Notes: generated from the sequence alone by a model not told the origin. Counted from the first letter of the stretch, positions 20,617 to 30,035 are shown. The stretch: 64,000 nt of DNA from a virus (IMGVR_UViG_3300032225_000686), one strand, 5' to 3'. Translations and numbers: made by a program.

Positions 20617-21831
20617 TTAGTATCCTTGGTCGATTCTCTGCTGAACGAGAATTTCCAACTCTTCGAAGGTCAACTCTAGTTCATATTTTGTTGGAGCAGC
20701 ACCAAATCCTGCTTCTGGAGCAAAGGTGGTAAAAGGCGTGTCTCCATAAGTTATGTTGATGTCTTTCAGGCAGCATCTTGCAATCTTTGGCAAGAATAGG
20801 TTCTCTTGTGCTCCGTGCCAAAAGCGAATACGCCACTCTGCGGGATACTCTAGCAAACGACCACCCGAAGAATCATCGGCTCTCTTTGGCATTGAATATT
20901 TCTTGAATAGCGTCATGATATTGTAAACATTGAAGAGTTCTTCTTTTGAAGTCGGCACGAACTTGTATGTAAAGGAAAAGGTTCTTCTCTTTACACTCTT
21001 GAACATATTCATGACCATAGGGTTTGCTACTGATCGGGTCATACCCTCATACAACTTGTCCAACTTCAGATCTCCACCGAATATTGGACTAGCAACTACC
21101 GAGAGAGTTTCTGATGCAACCTTTAGTGCCTGTCTTCCCATAAGGTTTCCTGTACCCTTATCCAAAGATCCCTTTAGTTGTTCAGCACCGCCTTTAGTCA
21201 TATTTGATAGCGTTTGTGCTGTAAGTTTTAGTGTCGATGCTGCTTGTGCTGTCGCAGTCATATCTTCTTCCGTATACTCAACTCCGTATGATGTCTTGAT
21301 ATTAGATGGCAAGTATAAGCAAATCGTCTTATCCACTCTCTTGTTTGCAGTATTGAATCCTGTGGTCTCTTGATTAAATCCAAACTCTCCTGTACCCATA
21401 CCCTTGTAGTAACCGAAGTTATCTTTTACTTGCTTGAATATGTCCGCACCAACTCCGCTAGTAACCAAAGAAATAATAGCACCCCCACCTATTGCTCCAC
21501 CAATCTTTCCCAAAATGGATTGACCAACCGATCCACCAAATCTAGTAAGCAGTTGTTCTCCTGCAACTCCTCCCAATATTGTTGTTGGGAATTGCAATCC
21601 TGCTCCTGCGAATGGACTGTCGCTATAGGAGTCTTTCTGAGAGTTGAGTCCTTGACCTCCTGTTTCAAACATCTCAAAGGTCATGAAGTTTTGATACTCG
21701 GGGCTTGAACCCAGAGTATAGGGGTAGCGAAACACTTGGTTTGATCCTTGTGATTCTCTTGCTACTTTAGGTTGTAATGATGTGCTTGGCTGCTGCCCCG
21801 AACTTGGGATTCGCTCTTGATTGTTTGGCAC
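20617..21831 (-). CDS. gp48: Baseplate tail-tube cap gp48
   Basis: ICLYLPS, NPMVMNMFKSVKRRTFSFTYKFVPTSKEE, LEYPAEW, ELTFEELE; GTG start with upstream AGGAG. Confidence 0.85.
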   Translation of the reverse strand: MPNNQERIPSSGQQPSTSLQPKVARESQGSNQVFRYPYTLGSSPEYQNFMTFEMFETGGQGLNSQKDSYSDSPFAGAGLQFPTTILGGVAGEQLLTRFGGSVGQSILGKIGGAIGGGAIISLVTSGVGADIFKQVKDNFGYYKGMGTGEFGFNQETTGFNTANKRVDKTICLYLPSNIKTSYGVEYTEEDMTATAQAASTLKLTAQTLSNMTKGGAEQLKGSLDKGTGNLMGRQALKVASETLSVVASPIFGGDLKLDKLYEGMTRSVANPMVMNMFKSVKRRTFSFTYKFVPTSKEELFNVYNIMTLFKKYSMPKRADDSSGGRLLEYPAEWRIRFWHGAQENLFLPKIARCCLKDINITYGDTPFTTFAPEAGFGAAPTKYELELTFEELEILVQQRIDQGY

Positions 21832-21848
21832 TTCGTTCTCCTTACTGC

Positions 21849-21856
21849 TATTTAGT
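21849..21856 (-). promoter_or_regulatory. T4-type late promoter (ACTAAATA) for the baseplate operon
   Basis: TATTTAGT on +, 17 nt upstream of the gp48 start; back-to-back with the gp4 promoter. Confidence 0.75.
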
Positions 21857-21864
21857 CAAAGATT

Positions 21865-21872
21865 TATAAATA
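21865..21872 (+). promoter_or_regulatory. T4-type late promoter TATAAATA
   Basis: Exact T4 late consensus upstream of gp4. Confidence 0.85.
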
Positions 21873-21891
21873 GGGGATAGGAGATACGGTC

Positions 21892-22353
21892 ATCGGAACC
21901 TTCAAAACATATAAAGGGTTCTACCGCCCACAGAACCCCCAAAAGTATAAAGGCGATCCCACCAAATGTGTGTATCGTTCGTTGTGGGAACGCCGCTTTA
22001 TGCAATACTGTGACCTAACCGAATCAATCCTAAAGTGGTCTTCGGAAGAAATCATCGTCCCATACCGCTCGCCCGTGGACGGGAAGGTACACAGATACTT
22101 CGTTGACTTTTGGATCAAAGCCAAGAACTCCCAAGGTATAGAGGAGTCTATGCTCATAGAGATCAAGCCAAAGAAAATGACTGTTCAGCCAATCACAGAG
22201 GGTAAGAAGATGACCCGAAACAAACTAAACGAGATCAGGGATTGGATGGTCAACAGCAGTAAATGGGAAGCCGCTAGAGCATTCTGTGCTGACAGGGGAT
22301 GGAAGTTCAAAATCCTAACGGAAGAAGAGATATTCGGTAAGGCTACCGCATGA
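21892..22353 (+). CDS. gp4: Head completion nuclease gp4 (probable ATC start)
   Basis: YKGFYRPQNPQKYKGDPTKCVYRSLWERRFM..WSSEEIIVPY..HRYFVDF..IEIKP. The conserved N-terminus extends upstream of the track's GTG at 21970. Confidence 0.9.
   Translation: MGTFKTYKGFYRPQNPQKYKGDPTKCVYRSLWERRFMQYCDLTESILKWSSEEIIVPYRSPVDGKVHRYFVDFWIKAKNSQGIEESMLIEIKPKKMTVQPITEGKKMTRNKLNEIRDWMVNSSKWEAARAFCADRGWKFKILTEEEIFGKATA
22066..22083. repeat. GC-rich motif copy
   Basis: CGCTCGCCCGTGGACGGG. Confidence 0.55.
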
Positions 22354-22940
22354 GTAAGAAAGATGTACTAAAGGTAGTCCGTCAGTTCCGCTTTGAGGAA
22401 ATGGACATGGCCTCCAAGAAGGCTACCTATTGGCTGAAAGATAACCTGACCCGAATAAAGCCGATGAGTCAGGGAGCCATTCTGCGTTCGGGAGTTGAAT
22501 CTCCAAACTCAGTCAAGCCCGGAAGGATGTACTTCTTCTCCTATGACCCCAAAGGCAAATACGAGATGCCCTTCTACGATCAGTTCCCCCTTGTTGTGGT
22601 ATTGAACTACGAAAAGAACGGCTTCTTGGGACTGAATCTGCACTACCTGCGGTTCCATAACCGTGCTGTGTTCCTGAACTACCTGATTGACTTTGCAGAT
22701 GCCGTGGATTGGTTTGAAGACCCCAAGGCATCCATGCTCTTGGAGTACTATCTTCTCAAGAAAAGCCCAAGTATGCGTAAATTCCTCAAGGCGTGTATCA
22801 AAAGTTACCGATACGGGCATTTCTTGTCGGGGGTGGTTCAAGTAACACCATACGATTGGAAGATTGTTCCGTTTTTGCCCCTAGATAGATTTCAGAAAGC
22901 CACACGCGAGGAAGTTTGGAAATGGGCGGCTTCCCTCTAA
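22350..22940 (+). CDS. gp2: DNA end protector gp2
   Basis: PGRMYFFSYDPKGK..MPFYDQFPLV..GFLGLNLHYL. Confidence 0.9.
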   Translation: MSKKDVLKVVRQFRFEEMDMASKKATYWLKDNLTRIKPMSQGAILRSGVESPNSVKPGRMYFFSYDPKGKYEMPFYDQFPLVVVLNYEKNGFLGLNLHYLRFHNRAVFLNYLIDFADAVDWFEDPKASMLLEYYLLKKSPSMRKFLKACIKSYRYGHFLSGVVQVTPYDWKIVPFLPLDRFQKATREEVWKWAASL

Positions 22941-22949
22941 AGGAGTAAC

Positions 22950-23969
22950 ATGTCTCTCAACAATGTATTCAGATCATTCATGGATATAGTCAGTCCGTCC
23001 TCTCCTCTTCGTGGAGCACCGACGCAAAGGACTGCTACGGGAGCATCGTTTGCCGAAGAAATAGTAGCCTTTGCTCGTAATTTGGGGTTCATGAGAAACA
23101 ATCGCTATTGCATTCTGTTCCGTGGAGAACCAACAGCCGCCGCGTCTATCCCCGTAGACAGCAAAAGACTATCTTTGAGTTGCTCCTCTGTTGCTTTCCC
23201 TGAAGCAACCTTCCAAACCATAGAGAGAGATATTGCAGGTCCAAAACAGACCATTCCGTTTGTTCAGCAGTTTGGTGATAGCAGTTCCCAATTTAGTTTC
23301 TTGTGTGGTGCTGATCTGTATGAGTACTTGGTGTTCCGATCATGGCAAAAGTTGATAGTTGATCCAGTATTCCGCTATTCTGCCTACTATGACGATTACG
23401 CCAAGAATTGCTCATTGACCGTCATGATTCTTCCCCAGTATGTAAGAAACTATAACGAGGCTTTGGAGAGACTAGAATCAAACCAAGTCTACGGACTAAC
23501 CTTGAGTGAAATCTACCCAAAGACCGTGGCTCTACAGCAGGTTCAAAGTGATGGTCAAGCCGTCTTGAGCGTCAATGTCAACTTTGGGTTCCGTGAAATC
23601 ATACCGTTCAGAGACTACAGCGAAGACTTCCGTTATGCTATGGCTGCTGTCAATCCGGGTCAGGGAACTCAACAAATACCAATACCAGACGGCATCAAGA
23701 AGAACTATTCAGAGGCAGAGGCACAGAAGTTCAAGAGTATGTTCTTGGCTCAAAAGCCGTTGGGTTCAAACAAAGATGGGATTACCTTCCCTCCTGTTAT
23801 GCAACCACAGGGAGTACCCAAGGCTGTCCTACCGCCAGAACCACAAAACTTGGAAGCATCTACCAATGTGGTATTGCCTCCACAGCCAAAGAACATTGCC
23901 GCAAATGTGTTCCTAAACAACCTAATCACATCGGGTATCAATACTGCCGCCCTCTTCAAAGGCATCTAA
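22950..23969 (+). CDS. Tail tube initiator (gp54/gp19-fold)
   Basis: GFMRNNRY, LSCSSVAFP, FRSWQKLI..YYDDY, LSEIYPKTV, VNVNFGFRE; position before gp26. Confidence 0.65.
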   Translation: MSLNNVFRSFMDIVSPSSPLRGAPTQRTATGASFAEEIVAFARNLGFMRNNRYCILFRGEPTAAASIPVDSKRLSLSCSSVAFPEATFQTIERDIAGPKQTIPFVQQFGDSSSQFSFLCGADLYEYLVFRSWQKLIVDPVFRYSAYYDDYAKNCSLTVMILPQYVRNYNEALERLESNQVYGLTLSEIYPKTVALQQVQSDGQAVLSVNVNFGFREIIPFRDYSEDFRYAMAAVNPGQGTQQIPIPDGIKKNYSEAEAQKFKSMFLAQKPLGSNKDGITFPPVMQPQGVPKAVLPPEPQNLEASTNVVLPPQPKNIAANVFLNNLITSGINTAALFKGI

Positions 23970-23972
23970 ATA
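23965..23972 (+). promoter_or_regulatory. Late promoter TCTAAATA
   Basis: Upstream of gp26, followed by SD AAGGAG. Confidence 0.7.
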
Positions 23973-24004
23973 CTGAAAGACATCATGTCCAAGGAGAATA
24001 AACT

Positions 24005-24724
24005 ATGAGTCTGCCTATTATTGCAACACCAAAGTATGAATTGACCCTTCCCTCAACGGGCAAGAAGGTAAAGTATCGTCCATTCCTAGTCAAGGAAGAG
24101 AAGATTCTTCTTCTAGCCAACGAGACAAAGGATCAGCAGCAGATCATTTCTGCCATGAAGGATATCGTGTCTAACTGCACATTCAATGAAGTAAACCCCG
24201 ATGAGGCTGCGACTTTTGACATCGAATACATCTTCCTGCAACTCCGCTCAAAGTCTGTCGGTGAGTCAGTAGATGTAAAGATCAAGTGCCCGAAGTGTGA
24301 GAACATGGTTCCTGTAAACATCAATCTGAATGAGGTTGAGGTTGTAAAGGAGAAGGGCTACTCAAACAAGGTAGCCATCAGTAATACTATGGGCATCATC
24401 ATGAAGTATCCCAACTTCAACACTCTTCAGAGTCTTGAGGCAAACAAGGAAAAGGGACAGGGAGCAGAAGAGTTGCTGAACTTCGTTACAGTTTGCATAG
24501 AGAGCATCTATGACGATAAGCAGATATACGAAGCCAAGGACTATAAGAAGGAAGAACTGTTAGAGTTTATTGAGAATCTTCCACAGGGAGTGTTTGCAAA
24601 GATCATGAACTTCTTCAATAAGATGCCCGCCATATCAAAGGAAGTGTCCTGCGATTGCGAGAAGTGCAAGACAAAGAGCAAAGTAACCTTGAGGGGGGCG
24701 CAAGATTTTTTTCAATCAGCATGA
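24005..24724 (+). CDS. gp26: Baseplate hub assembly chaperone gp26
   Basis: MSLPIIATPKYELTLPSTGKKVKYRPFLVKEEKILL, FDIEYIFLQLRSKSVGE, CPKC...CEKC, C-terminal GAQDFF. Confidence 0.92.
   Translation: MSLPIIATPKYELTLPSTGKKVKYRPFLVKEEKILLLANETKDQQQIISAMKDIVSNCTFNEVNPDEAATFDIEYIFLQLRSKSVGESVDVKIKCPKCENMVPVNINLNEVEVVKEKGYSNKVAISNTMGIIMKYPNFNTLQSLEANKEKGQGAEELLNFVTVCIESIYDDKQIYEAKDYKKEELLEFIENLPQGVFAKIMNFFNKMPAISKEVSCDCEKCKTKSKVTLRGAQDFFQSA
24706..24712 (+). promoter_or_regulatory. Candidate -1 ribosomal frameshift site T_TTT_TTT joining gp26 and gp51
   Basis: gp26 frame CAA GAT TTT TTT CAA; -1 frame TTT TTT TCA ATC AGC ATG ATG CAC is open into gp51; SD-like GAGGGGGG at 24691-24698. Confidence 0.55.
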
Positions 24725-24912
24725 TGCACGATAACCTCGGCAACATGCTAGAAACACATTTTCAGATGATGCAGCACCATCACTATTCGCTGACTGATAT
24801 TGAAAATATGCTGCCGTGGGAAAAGCAAATTTATGTGGGTATGATTTCGGAGTATGTGAAGAAACATAATGAAGAGGTGAAGGAACTAGAAGCAAAGATG
24901 CCAAAGAGGTAA
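24721..24912 (+). CDS. gp51: Baseplate hub assembly catalyst gp51
   Basis: MMHDNL..FQMMQHHHYSLTDIENMLPWEKQIYV; ATGA overlap with the gp26 stop, in the -1 frame. Confidence 0.85.
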   Translation: MMHDNLGNMLETHFQMMQHHHYSLTDIENMLPWEKQIYVGMISEYVKKHNEEVKELEAKMPKR

Positions 24913-24915
24913 TAG

Positions 24916-27900
24916 ATGGCCGAAGAATTCGGGGATTTTGGAACACCACCACCGCCGGGAGGACCACCTTCAGGCAGTCCGCTGCCATCTGATGCTGAAG
25001 CCGCAAAGAAAGCGGCAGAGAGCATGAAAGACCTTACCGAAAAGGTAAAGGACTTGAAAACCAAAACAGAGATTGCCGTTGAGAGAATCGTGGATCTCTC
25101 AAAGGAAGGGTTTCGTCTGAATGAAAGTCTTCGTAAGAACTACGAGGATATGAAGAAGTTAGAAGAGAAGCGAAAACTTGGACTCAAACTCACAGACGAT
25201 GAAATCAAGAGAGAAAAAGAACTCGCTGCACTTCAAAACAAAGAGAAAGAAGAACTGAAGAAAGTAGGAGAAGCCCTAGTTAAACTTCGTGATTCTTTGG
25301 AGTCAACCGAAGAGGTTCAATATCATGCTAATGAGAGTTTGAAGAGTCTATCAGATGCCTTTGATGACTTTGCTGATGGTGTTCCTAGACAACTAACAGA
25401 ACTTGAAAAAGAACTCAAGCCGATAACAAAAAGTCTCAAGGCAGACGGCACAGCACTTAAAGAATTTGGTGATTCCATTAGAGGAATTGCCAATACATTA
25501 CCGTCCTTCAAAGACTCGCTAAAAGCAGGGTTTGCTTTGGGTGTTGGAAAACTAATACCACTCATAGCAGATTCATTTGGCAAAGGAACTAAAACATCTC
25601 CATTAAATCTTGAGGGATTGTTCGGCAAGAAAGAACCAAAGAGGAACGAGGTAGTTCTATCCATAGAAGAACTAATCAAAGAGACTCAAAAGACAACAAG
25701 CGAAATTTGGATATTGGGGGATGTGTTCAAGACTAATTTAGGAGTCGTTGATACCACGATAAAGAGTGTGGGGGTTTCTATTCAGGAGTGGATAAATCTC
25801 CTTGCTGATACCATTTCTTCAACCCAAAAGGACATAAAGGCTGTTCTTGTATCAACCCGATCTTCCGGAGGTATGACCGCAGTAGTTGAGGGTGGTGGTG
25901 ATCTTGTAGCAGAATTCTTGAACATGCTGGTGGATGAAGTCAAAGAACTACACAAGATTGCAAATGTTGTAGTCACAAACACATCCGAAATGACCAAGGC
26001 ATTGGGGGAAATGAAGGATGCCTTGATTGATGCAGTAATTGCTCAACAAGAAAGTGCTCTTGAAATTAGCGAGAAAGAAAGAGCCTCGCCCGCAGGTGCG
26101 ACCGAGCCCGCAGGAGAACCATCAAAACCCGGCGAAAAGGCAGAGGCTAAACCACCAGAAAAAAGTGGGGTGATGGGCAATTTCTTGAATGCAGCAAAGC
26201 AGGGAGCACAAGCAATGCTCATGATTGCAGGTTCCTTGCTGGTTCTTGCGGTTGGCTTAAAGTTGATGAAAGAAATTGATCCCGGAACCTTGCTAAAAGC
26301 AGGCGTAGCAATGAGTGCTTTGGGCGGTGGATTATACTTGCTAGCAAAAATCCCAGCAGCAGATCTAAAGAAAGCAGCAGAGTCCATGCTATTAGTTGCT
26401 GCCTCTGTTAGTGTTTTGGCTATCGGAATGATGTTGATGAAAAATGTAGGGGCTGAAGGCTTTATCAAGACCGCAATAGGTCTTACTGCTATGGTTGGTG
26501 TTCTTCAGTTACTATCCAAAGTAGACTCCTCAAAACTTATGAAGTCTGCAATGTCTCTTGCTCTAGTTGGGGCATCGTTGATACCTCTCGCTGTAGGAAT
26601 GATGTTGATGACTAAAGTGAATGCGGGAGCGATGCTTAAGACAGGCGTTGCAATTCTTGGTCTCATGGGAGTCTTGTATGGTATAAGCAAAATCAACACC
26701 GCTTCTTTGATTAGGGGTGCTTTGGGAATCGCTATCCTTGGAGCATCATTATTACCATTATCGTTAGGTCTGTTGGCAATGAATTTCGTGAATTGGGAAT
26801 CTGTTGGGAAAATGGCTGCTTCTTTGGTTGGTCTTGCTATAGCGGCGGGAGTACTTGGATCAATGTCGGCATTGATTCTGCCGGGAGCCTTGGCTATTGC
26901 GGTATTGGGTGCTTCTCTCATTCCGTTGGCTCTTGCCTTAATGATGTTCAATGCCGTAGGTTGGGAATCTTTGGCTGTTGCGGGTGCAGCAATAGTTGGG
27001 TTTGCTCTTGTATTTGCAGGCATAGGGTTTATGTCTTTGTTCATAGCAGCAGGAGCCGCTGCTATGGCAGTATTGGGTGTAGGATTGATGTCGCTAGGTG
27101 CGGGTCTTTCAATAATCAATAGCGTGGGAATGGACAATATACCCACCTTGTCGGCAGGTATTATGGAGTTGGCTACGACTATGGCTATAGTTGGAGCGAT
27201 GTCTCCTCTACTAGTTCTTGCTTCTGCTGCTATGACAATTATGGCTGTCGCTCTTGTAGCACTTTCCTTCGGTCTAGCAATCGCAACACCCGGCATTCTT
27301 ATGTTCGCTGGTGCTATGGCTGTTGTTCAAGCATCAGGTACTATGGACATTCTATCTCAAATCGCAGATATCGGAATGAACGGAGTACAGGTAGCAGCAG
27401 GTCTTGTTGCTACTGCTGTGGGTATAGGTGCTGTTGGTGCTGCACTATTGGCATTTGGTGCTATGGGTGCGGCGGGACAAGTCACGGGTGCTATCGGTGA
27501 TGCCGTATCAGGAGTGCTTGGTTTCTTTACTGGTAAGAAGGCTCCATCACCAATAGAAATGCTTGGTATGTTCGTAGGTTTTGCAGAAATGGCTCCTAAG
27601 ATAAACGAAGGTGCTATGGCTATCAATGCTCTAGCAGACGCTCTTCAACGATTCTCAAACACCAAGTTCGGTGAAATGTTGGGCTTAGATAAGATCGGTT
27701 CTCTAGTAGATAAGATTGGTAGCACAGAGCCGGGAGTGTTTGACAAATTGAAGTCTATGGGTCAATCTTTAATGGCTTTTGCTACTGCACAGCCCCCACC
27801 ACTAACTGCACCAAAGGCAAGAGGCAGTACAGTAGAGTATGGAGGAGAAGAGTATCTACTTCCTGCCGCAAAGGAAGGAACTCCATTAGCAAGCAATCTA

Positions 27901-28221
27901 TCTTTCACAAATGGGGTGTTGACAACCAAAGGAGTTAGCACAGAAACTCTAATCGCTGAAGCAAATCTAGAAAAGCGAGACATGGAGAAATCTGAAGGTA
28001 TTGAAAGAGAATTGAGTGAAGATCTTCTCAGACAAATTCTAGGAGAATTGCGTTCAAGAGGAGAAATACAGCCTGTGGTGGTAAACAATACAAACTCTAC
28101 CCAAATGGCAGCACCCCCATCCGGTGGGGGTGGAGGTGCTACCATGATTCCGCTTTATTCAGGCAGTCACACCGATGCTACCAAGATGGCATATCAGGTG
28201 TCTTACCGTCCCGCAGGATAA
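24916..28221 (+). CDS. Tape measure protein
   Basis: 1101 aa; coiled-coil N-terminus, long Ala/Gly/Leu-rich hydrophobic helical repeats, C-terminal VVVNNTNS motif; follows gp26/gp51. Confidence 0.82.
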   Translation: MAEEFGDFGTPPPPGGPPSGSPLPSDAEAAKKAAESMKDLTEKVKDLKTKTEIAVERIVDLSKEGFRLNESLRKNYEDMKKLEEKRKLGLKLTDDEIKREKELAALQNKEKEELKKVGEALVKLRDSLESTEEVQYHANESLKSLSDAFDDFADGVPRQLTELEKELKPITKSLKADGTALKEFGDSIRGIANTLPSFKDSLKAGFALGVGKLIPLIADSFGKGTKTSPLNLEGLFGKKEPKRNEVVLSIEELIKETQKTTSEIWILGDVFKTNLGVVDTTIKSVGVSIQEWINLLADTISSTQKDIKAVLVSTRSSGGMTAVVEGGGDLVAEFLNMLVDEVKELHKIANVVVTNTSEMTKALGEMKDALIDAVIAQQESALEISEKERASPAGATEPAGEPSKPGEKAEAKPPEKSGVMGNFLNAAKQGAQAMLMIAGSLLVLAVGLKLMKEIDPGTLLKAGVAMSALGGGLYLLAKIPAADLKKAAESMLLVAASVSVLAIGMMLMKNVGAEGFIKTAIGLTAMVGVLQLLSKVDSSKLMKSAMSLALVGASLIPLAVGMMLMTKVNAGAMLKTGVAILGLMGVLYGISKINTASLIRGALGIAILGASLLPLSLGLLAMNFVNWESVGKMAASLVGLAIAAGVLGSMSALILPGALAIAVLGASLIPLALALMMFNAVGWESLAVAGAAIVGFALVFAGIGFMSLFIAAGAAAMAVLGVGLMSLGAGLSIINSVGMDNIPTLSAGIMELATTMAIVGAMSPLLVLASAAMTIMAVALVALSFGLAIATPGILMFAGAMAVVQASGTMDILSQIADIGMNGVQVAAGLVATAVGIGAVGAALLAFGAMGAAGQVTGAIGDAVSGVLGFFTGKKAPSPIEMLGMFVGFAEMAPKINEGAMAINALADALQRFSNTKFGEMLGLDKIGSLVDKIGSTEPGVFDKLKSMGQSLMAFATAQPPPLTAPKARGSTVEYGGEEYLLPAAKEGTPLASNLSFTNGVLTTKGVSTETLIAEANLEKRDMEKSEGIERELSEDLLRQILGELRSRGEIQPVVVNNTNSTQMAAPPSGGGGGATMIPLYSGSHTDATKMAYQVSYRPAG
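26085..26116. repeat. GC-rich motif island (double)
   Basis: CTCGCCCGCAGGTGCGACCGAGCCCGCAGGAG. Confidence 0.65.
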
Positions 28222-29136
28222 TCAATCCTCTTCAGCCAACTTGCGGAAGTAGTCGAGGGTATCCCCCTCGCCGTCTTCATCATCGTTGGTCGGAACGGGC
28301 TTCTTCGCAGCAGCGACCTTCGCCTCGTTCTTACGGAACTTCTCACTCAGAGACTCACGGATGGGTTCCTCGTCCTCAGCCTTCTTGGAGGGCTTTGCCT
28401 CCGTGTTGATGACGGTATCAAACCGTTCCTTCAACTCTTCATAAGCCTTGAACTTATCCTTGCCGACGAGTTCCGACAGCGGGTACTGCGACTTCCAAAC
28501 CTTCTCAAGGAGTTCATCCTTGCCGTCAAGAAGTGCAGACTGCGTATCAAATTCGCTCTTGTCATAGTTAGCGAAGCCACCAACGGTCTGAATCTTCATC
28601 TTGAAGTTACGACCGTTCCAGAAATCAAACGGGTTGGTTGGCTGCTCGCCGGGGAACTTCGGCTGCATACAATCGCTGATCTTATCAAAGATCTTCTTGC
28701 CGTAGCGGAACAGGAACACCTTACCCTCGTTCTCGCGGTTAGCGGGATCGCTGATAACCATGATGTTGCTGATATACGACAACTTACGCTTACGGGCGCG
28801 GGCGATTTCCTTATCGGACTCAATGCCGCTGTTCCACAGTTCGTTGTTTGCCTCGCACACGGGGCACTTCAGACCAAGAGTGGTTGGGCAGTTCTCAATG
28901 TACCAACCACCCTTACCTTGGAAGCCGTGATTGAACAGGCGAACCCAAGGAACATCCTCGCCCTCACACGAAGGCAGGAAGCGAACGATAGCAAACCCAT
29001 TGCCATCCTTCCCACGCTCGGTAGTCCAAAAGCGGTCATCCTTGTAGGACTTGCTTTCGGAGGTCTTCTCAAGTTCCTTCTGTAGATTACCCACAGAGTT
29101 CTTGCTCATCTTCTTCATATCTGCGAATCCGGCCAT
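28222..29136 (-). CDS. gp32: Single-stranded DNA-binding protein gp32
   Basis: DDRFW..GNGFAIVRFLP, HGFQGKGGWYIENCPTT..CPVCE, KRKLSYISNI, FDFWNG.NFKMKI, acidic tail LDYFRKLAEED. Confidence 0.97.
   Translation of the reverse strand: MAGFADMKKMSKNSVGNLQKELEKTSESKSYKDDRFWTTERGKDGNGFAIVRFLPSCEGEDVPWVRLFNHGFQGKGGWYIENCPTTLGLKCPVCEANNELWNSGIESDKEIARARKRKLSYISNIMVISDPANRENEGKVFLFRYGKKIFDKISDCMQPKFPGEQPTNPFDFWNGRNFKMKIQTVGGFANYDKSEFDTQSALLDGKDELLEKVWKSQYPLSELVGKDKFKAYEELKERFDTVINTEAKPSKKAEDEEPIRESLSEKFRKNEAKVAAAKKPVPTNDDEDGEGDTLDYFRKLAEED
28785..28805. repeat. GC-rich motif copy, reverse orientation
   Basis: Minus strand reads TCGCCCGCGCCCGTAAGCGTA. Confidence 0.5.
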
Positions 29137-29174
29137 GTGTATTTCCTTTCGTTGTATGACGGAGTGTAAACGGT

Positions 29175-29202
29175 ATTATACATCATCAGCAGATAGGTGC
29201 AA
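29175..29202 (-). promoter_or_regulatory. Sigma70-like promoter for gp32 (TTGCAC-16-TATAAT)
   Basis: Read on the minus strand; followed by a ~32-nt leader containing SD AAGGA. Confidence 0.65.
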
Positions 29203-29811
29203 GTCTTTTCTCACAACTTCTGCGATGATTTTCTTTAACTCGCCTCTTCTACTCTCAAGTTGAAGAAACGGGCTATATCTAATTAGGGGGATTCCAATCT
29301 CCTCCCATACGGGATCATTGGCAACCACCCATGACTTTGTAAAATCAAGTATGTCGTTCAGAACGAGAAATGTTTCGGGACTAATCTTTTTCTGAATGAC
29401 TGCTTCAAATATTGGAGCGTATGCCCCCCGCTCTTTGGGGATAAACAGGTTGTGAAATCTTTCGGGGTTTTCTCCCGACCTTTCCCACAACTTTTTGATA
29501 TCGGTCTTGATTGTGTTTGTTAGAGCCTGAACCCTACGCATCCTCTGTCTATGCAGGTCTTCTGCCTCTTCACTAAACATATCGCCAACCCAAGGGTCTG
29601 ACTTGCCGACAAACTGCGAGACAAAGAACTCTACAAGATCGTCCTTCTTGAACTTCTTAGCCATCTTCTCAAAGTAGTATCTGTCCTTTCTACTCTCAAA
29701 CGACTGTGGAGTAGTTCGGGTTCTACCGTGAGTATTGTAATTGAAGCCTTGACCTTTGAAGTGGGCTTTCAACGCAAGATAGGTCTGATAGACCTCGTAG
29801 GGATTCATCAT
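29176..29811 (-). CDS. gp59: Helicase loader gp59
   Basis: YEVYQTYLALKAHF, FESRKDRYYFEKMAKK, ISPETFLVLN; next to gp32. Confidence 0.9.
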   Translation of the reverse strand: MMNPYEVYQTYLALKAHFKGQGFNYNTHGRTRTTPQSFESRKDRYYFEKMAKKFKKDDLVEFFVSQFVGKSDPWVGDMFSEEAEDLHRQRMRRVQALTNTIKTDIKKLWERSGENPERFHNLFIPKERGAYAPIFEAVIQKKISPETFLVLNDILDFTKSWVVANDPVWEEIGIPLIRYSPFLQLESRRGELKKIIAEVVRKDLHLSADDV

Positions 29812-30035
29812 AGAGGAAGTTTGGAACTCTTCTTGACCATGTTCAGTCTTTGACCTTCAGCCTTCAATCTTTCCTTGATTGGTTTTGTTAGCAGTTTTGC
29901 TGCGGCTTCAGGTTCAATCCCGTGCTTCTCGCACAGATCAACGATCACTTCAACATAGGTTGTATCTTTTCGGCTCTTGTACAACTCTTCTACTTCTCGG
30001 CAGAAATCATTCTGTAGGTTTATGATTGACCCCAT
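29808..30035 (-). CDS. gp33: Late transcription coactivator gp33
   Basis: YVEVIVDLCEKHGIEPEAAAKLLTKPIKERLKAEG..LN...KLPL. Confidence 0.9.
   Translation of the reverse strand: MGSIINLQNDFCREVEELYKSRKDTTYVEVIVDLCEKHGIEPEAAAKLLTKPIKERLKAEGQRLNMVKKSSKLPL

Noticed and set aside
25323-28145. Long minus-strand ORFs within the tape measure gene (e.g. 26505-27296)
   Set aside because: Antisense shadows caused by Ala/Gly/Leu codon bias; no SD or promoter.
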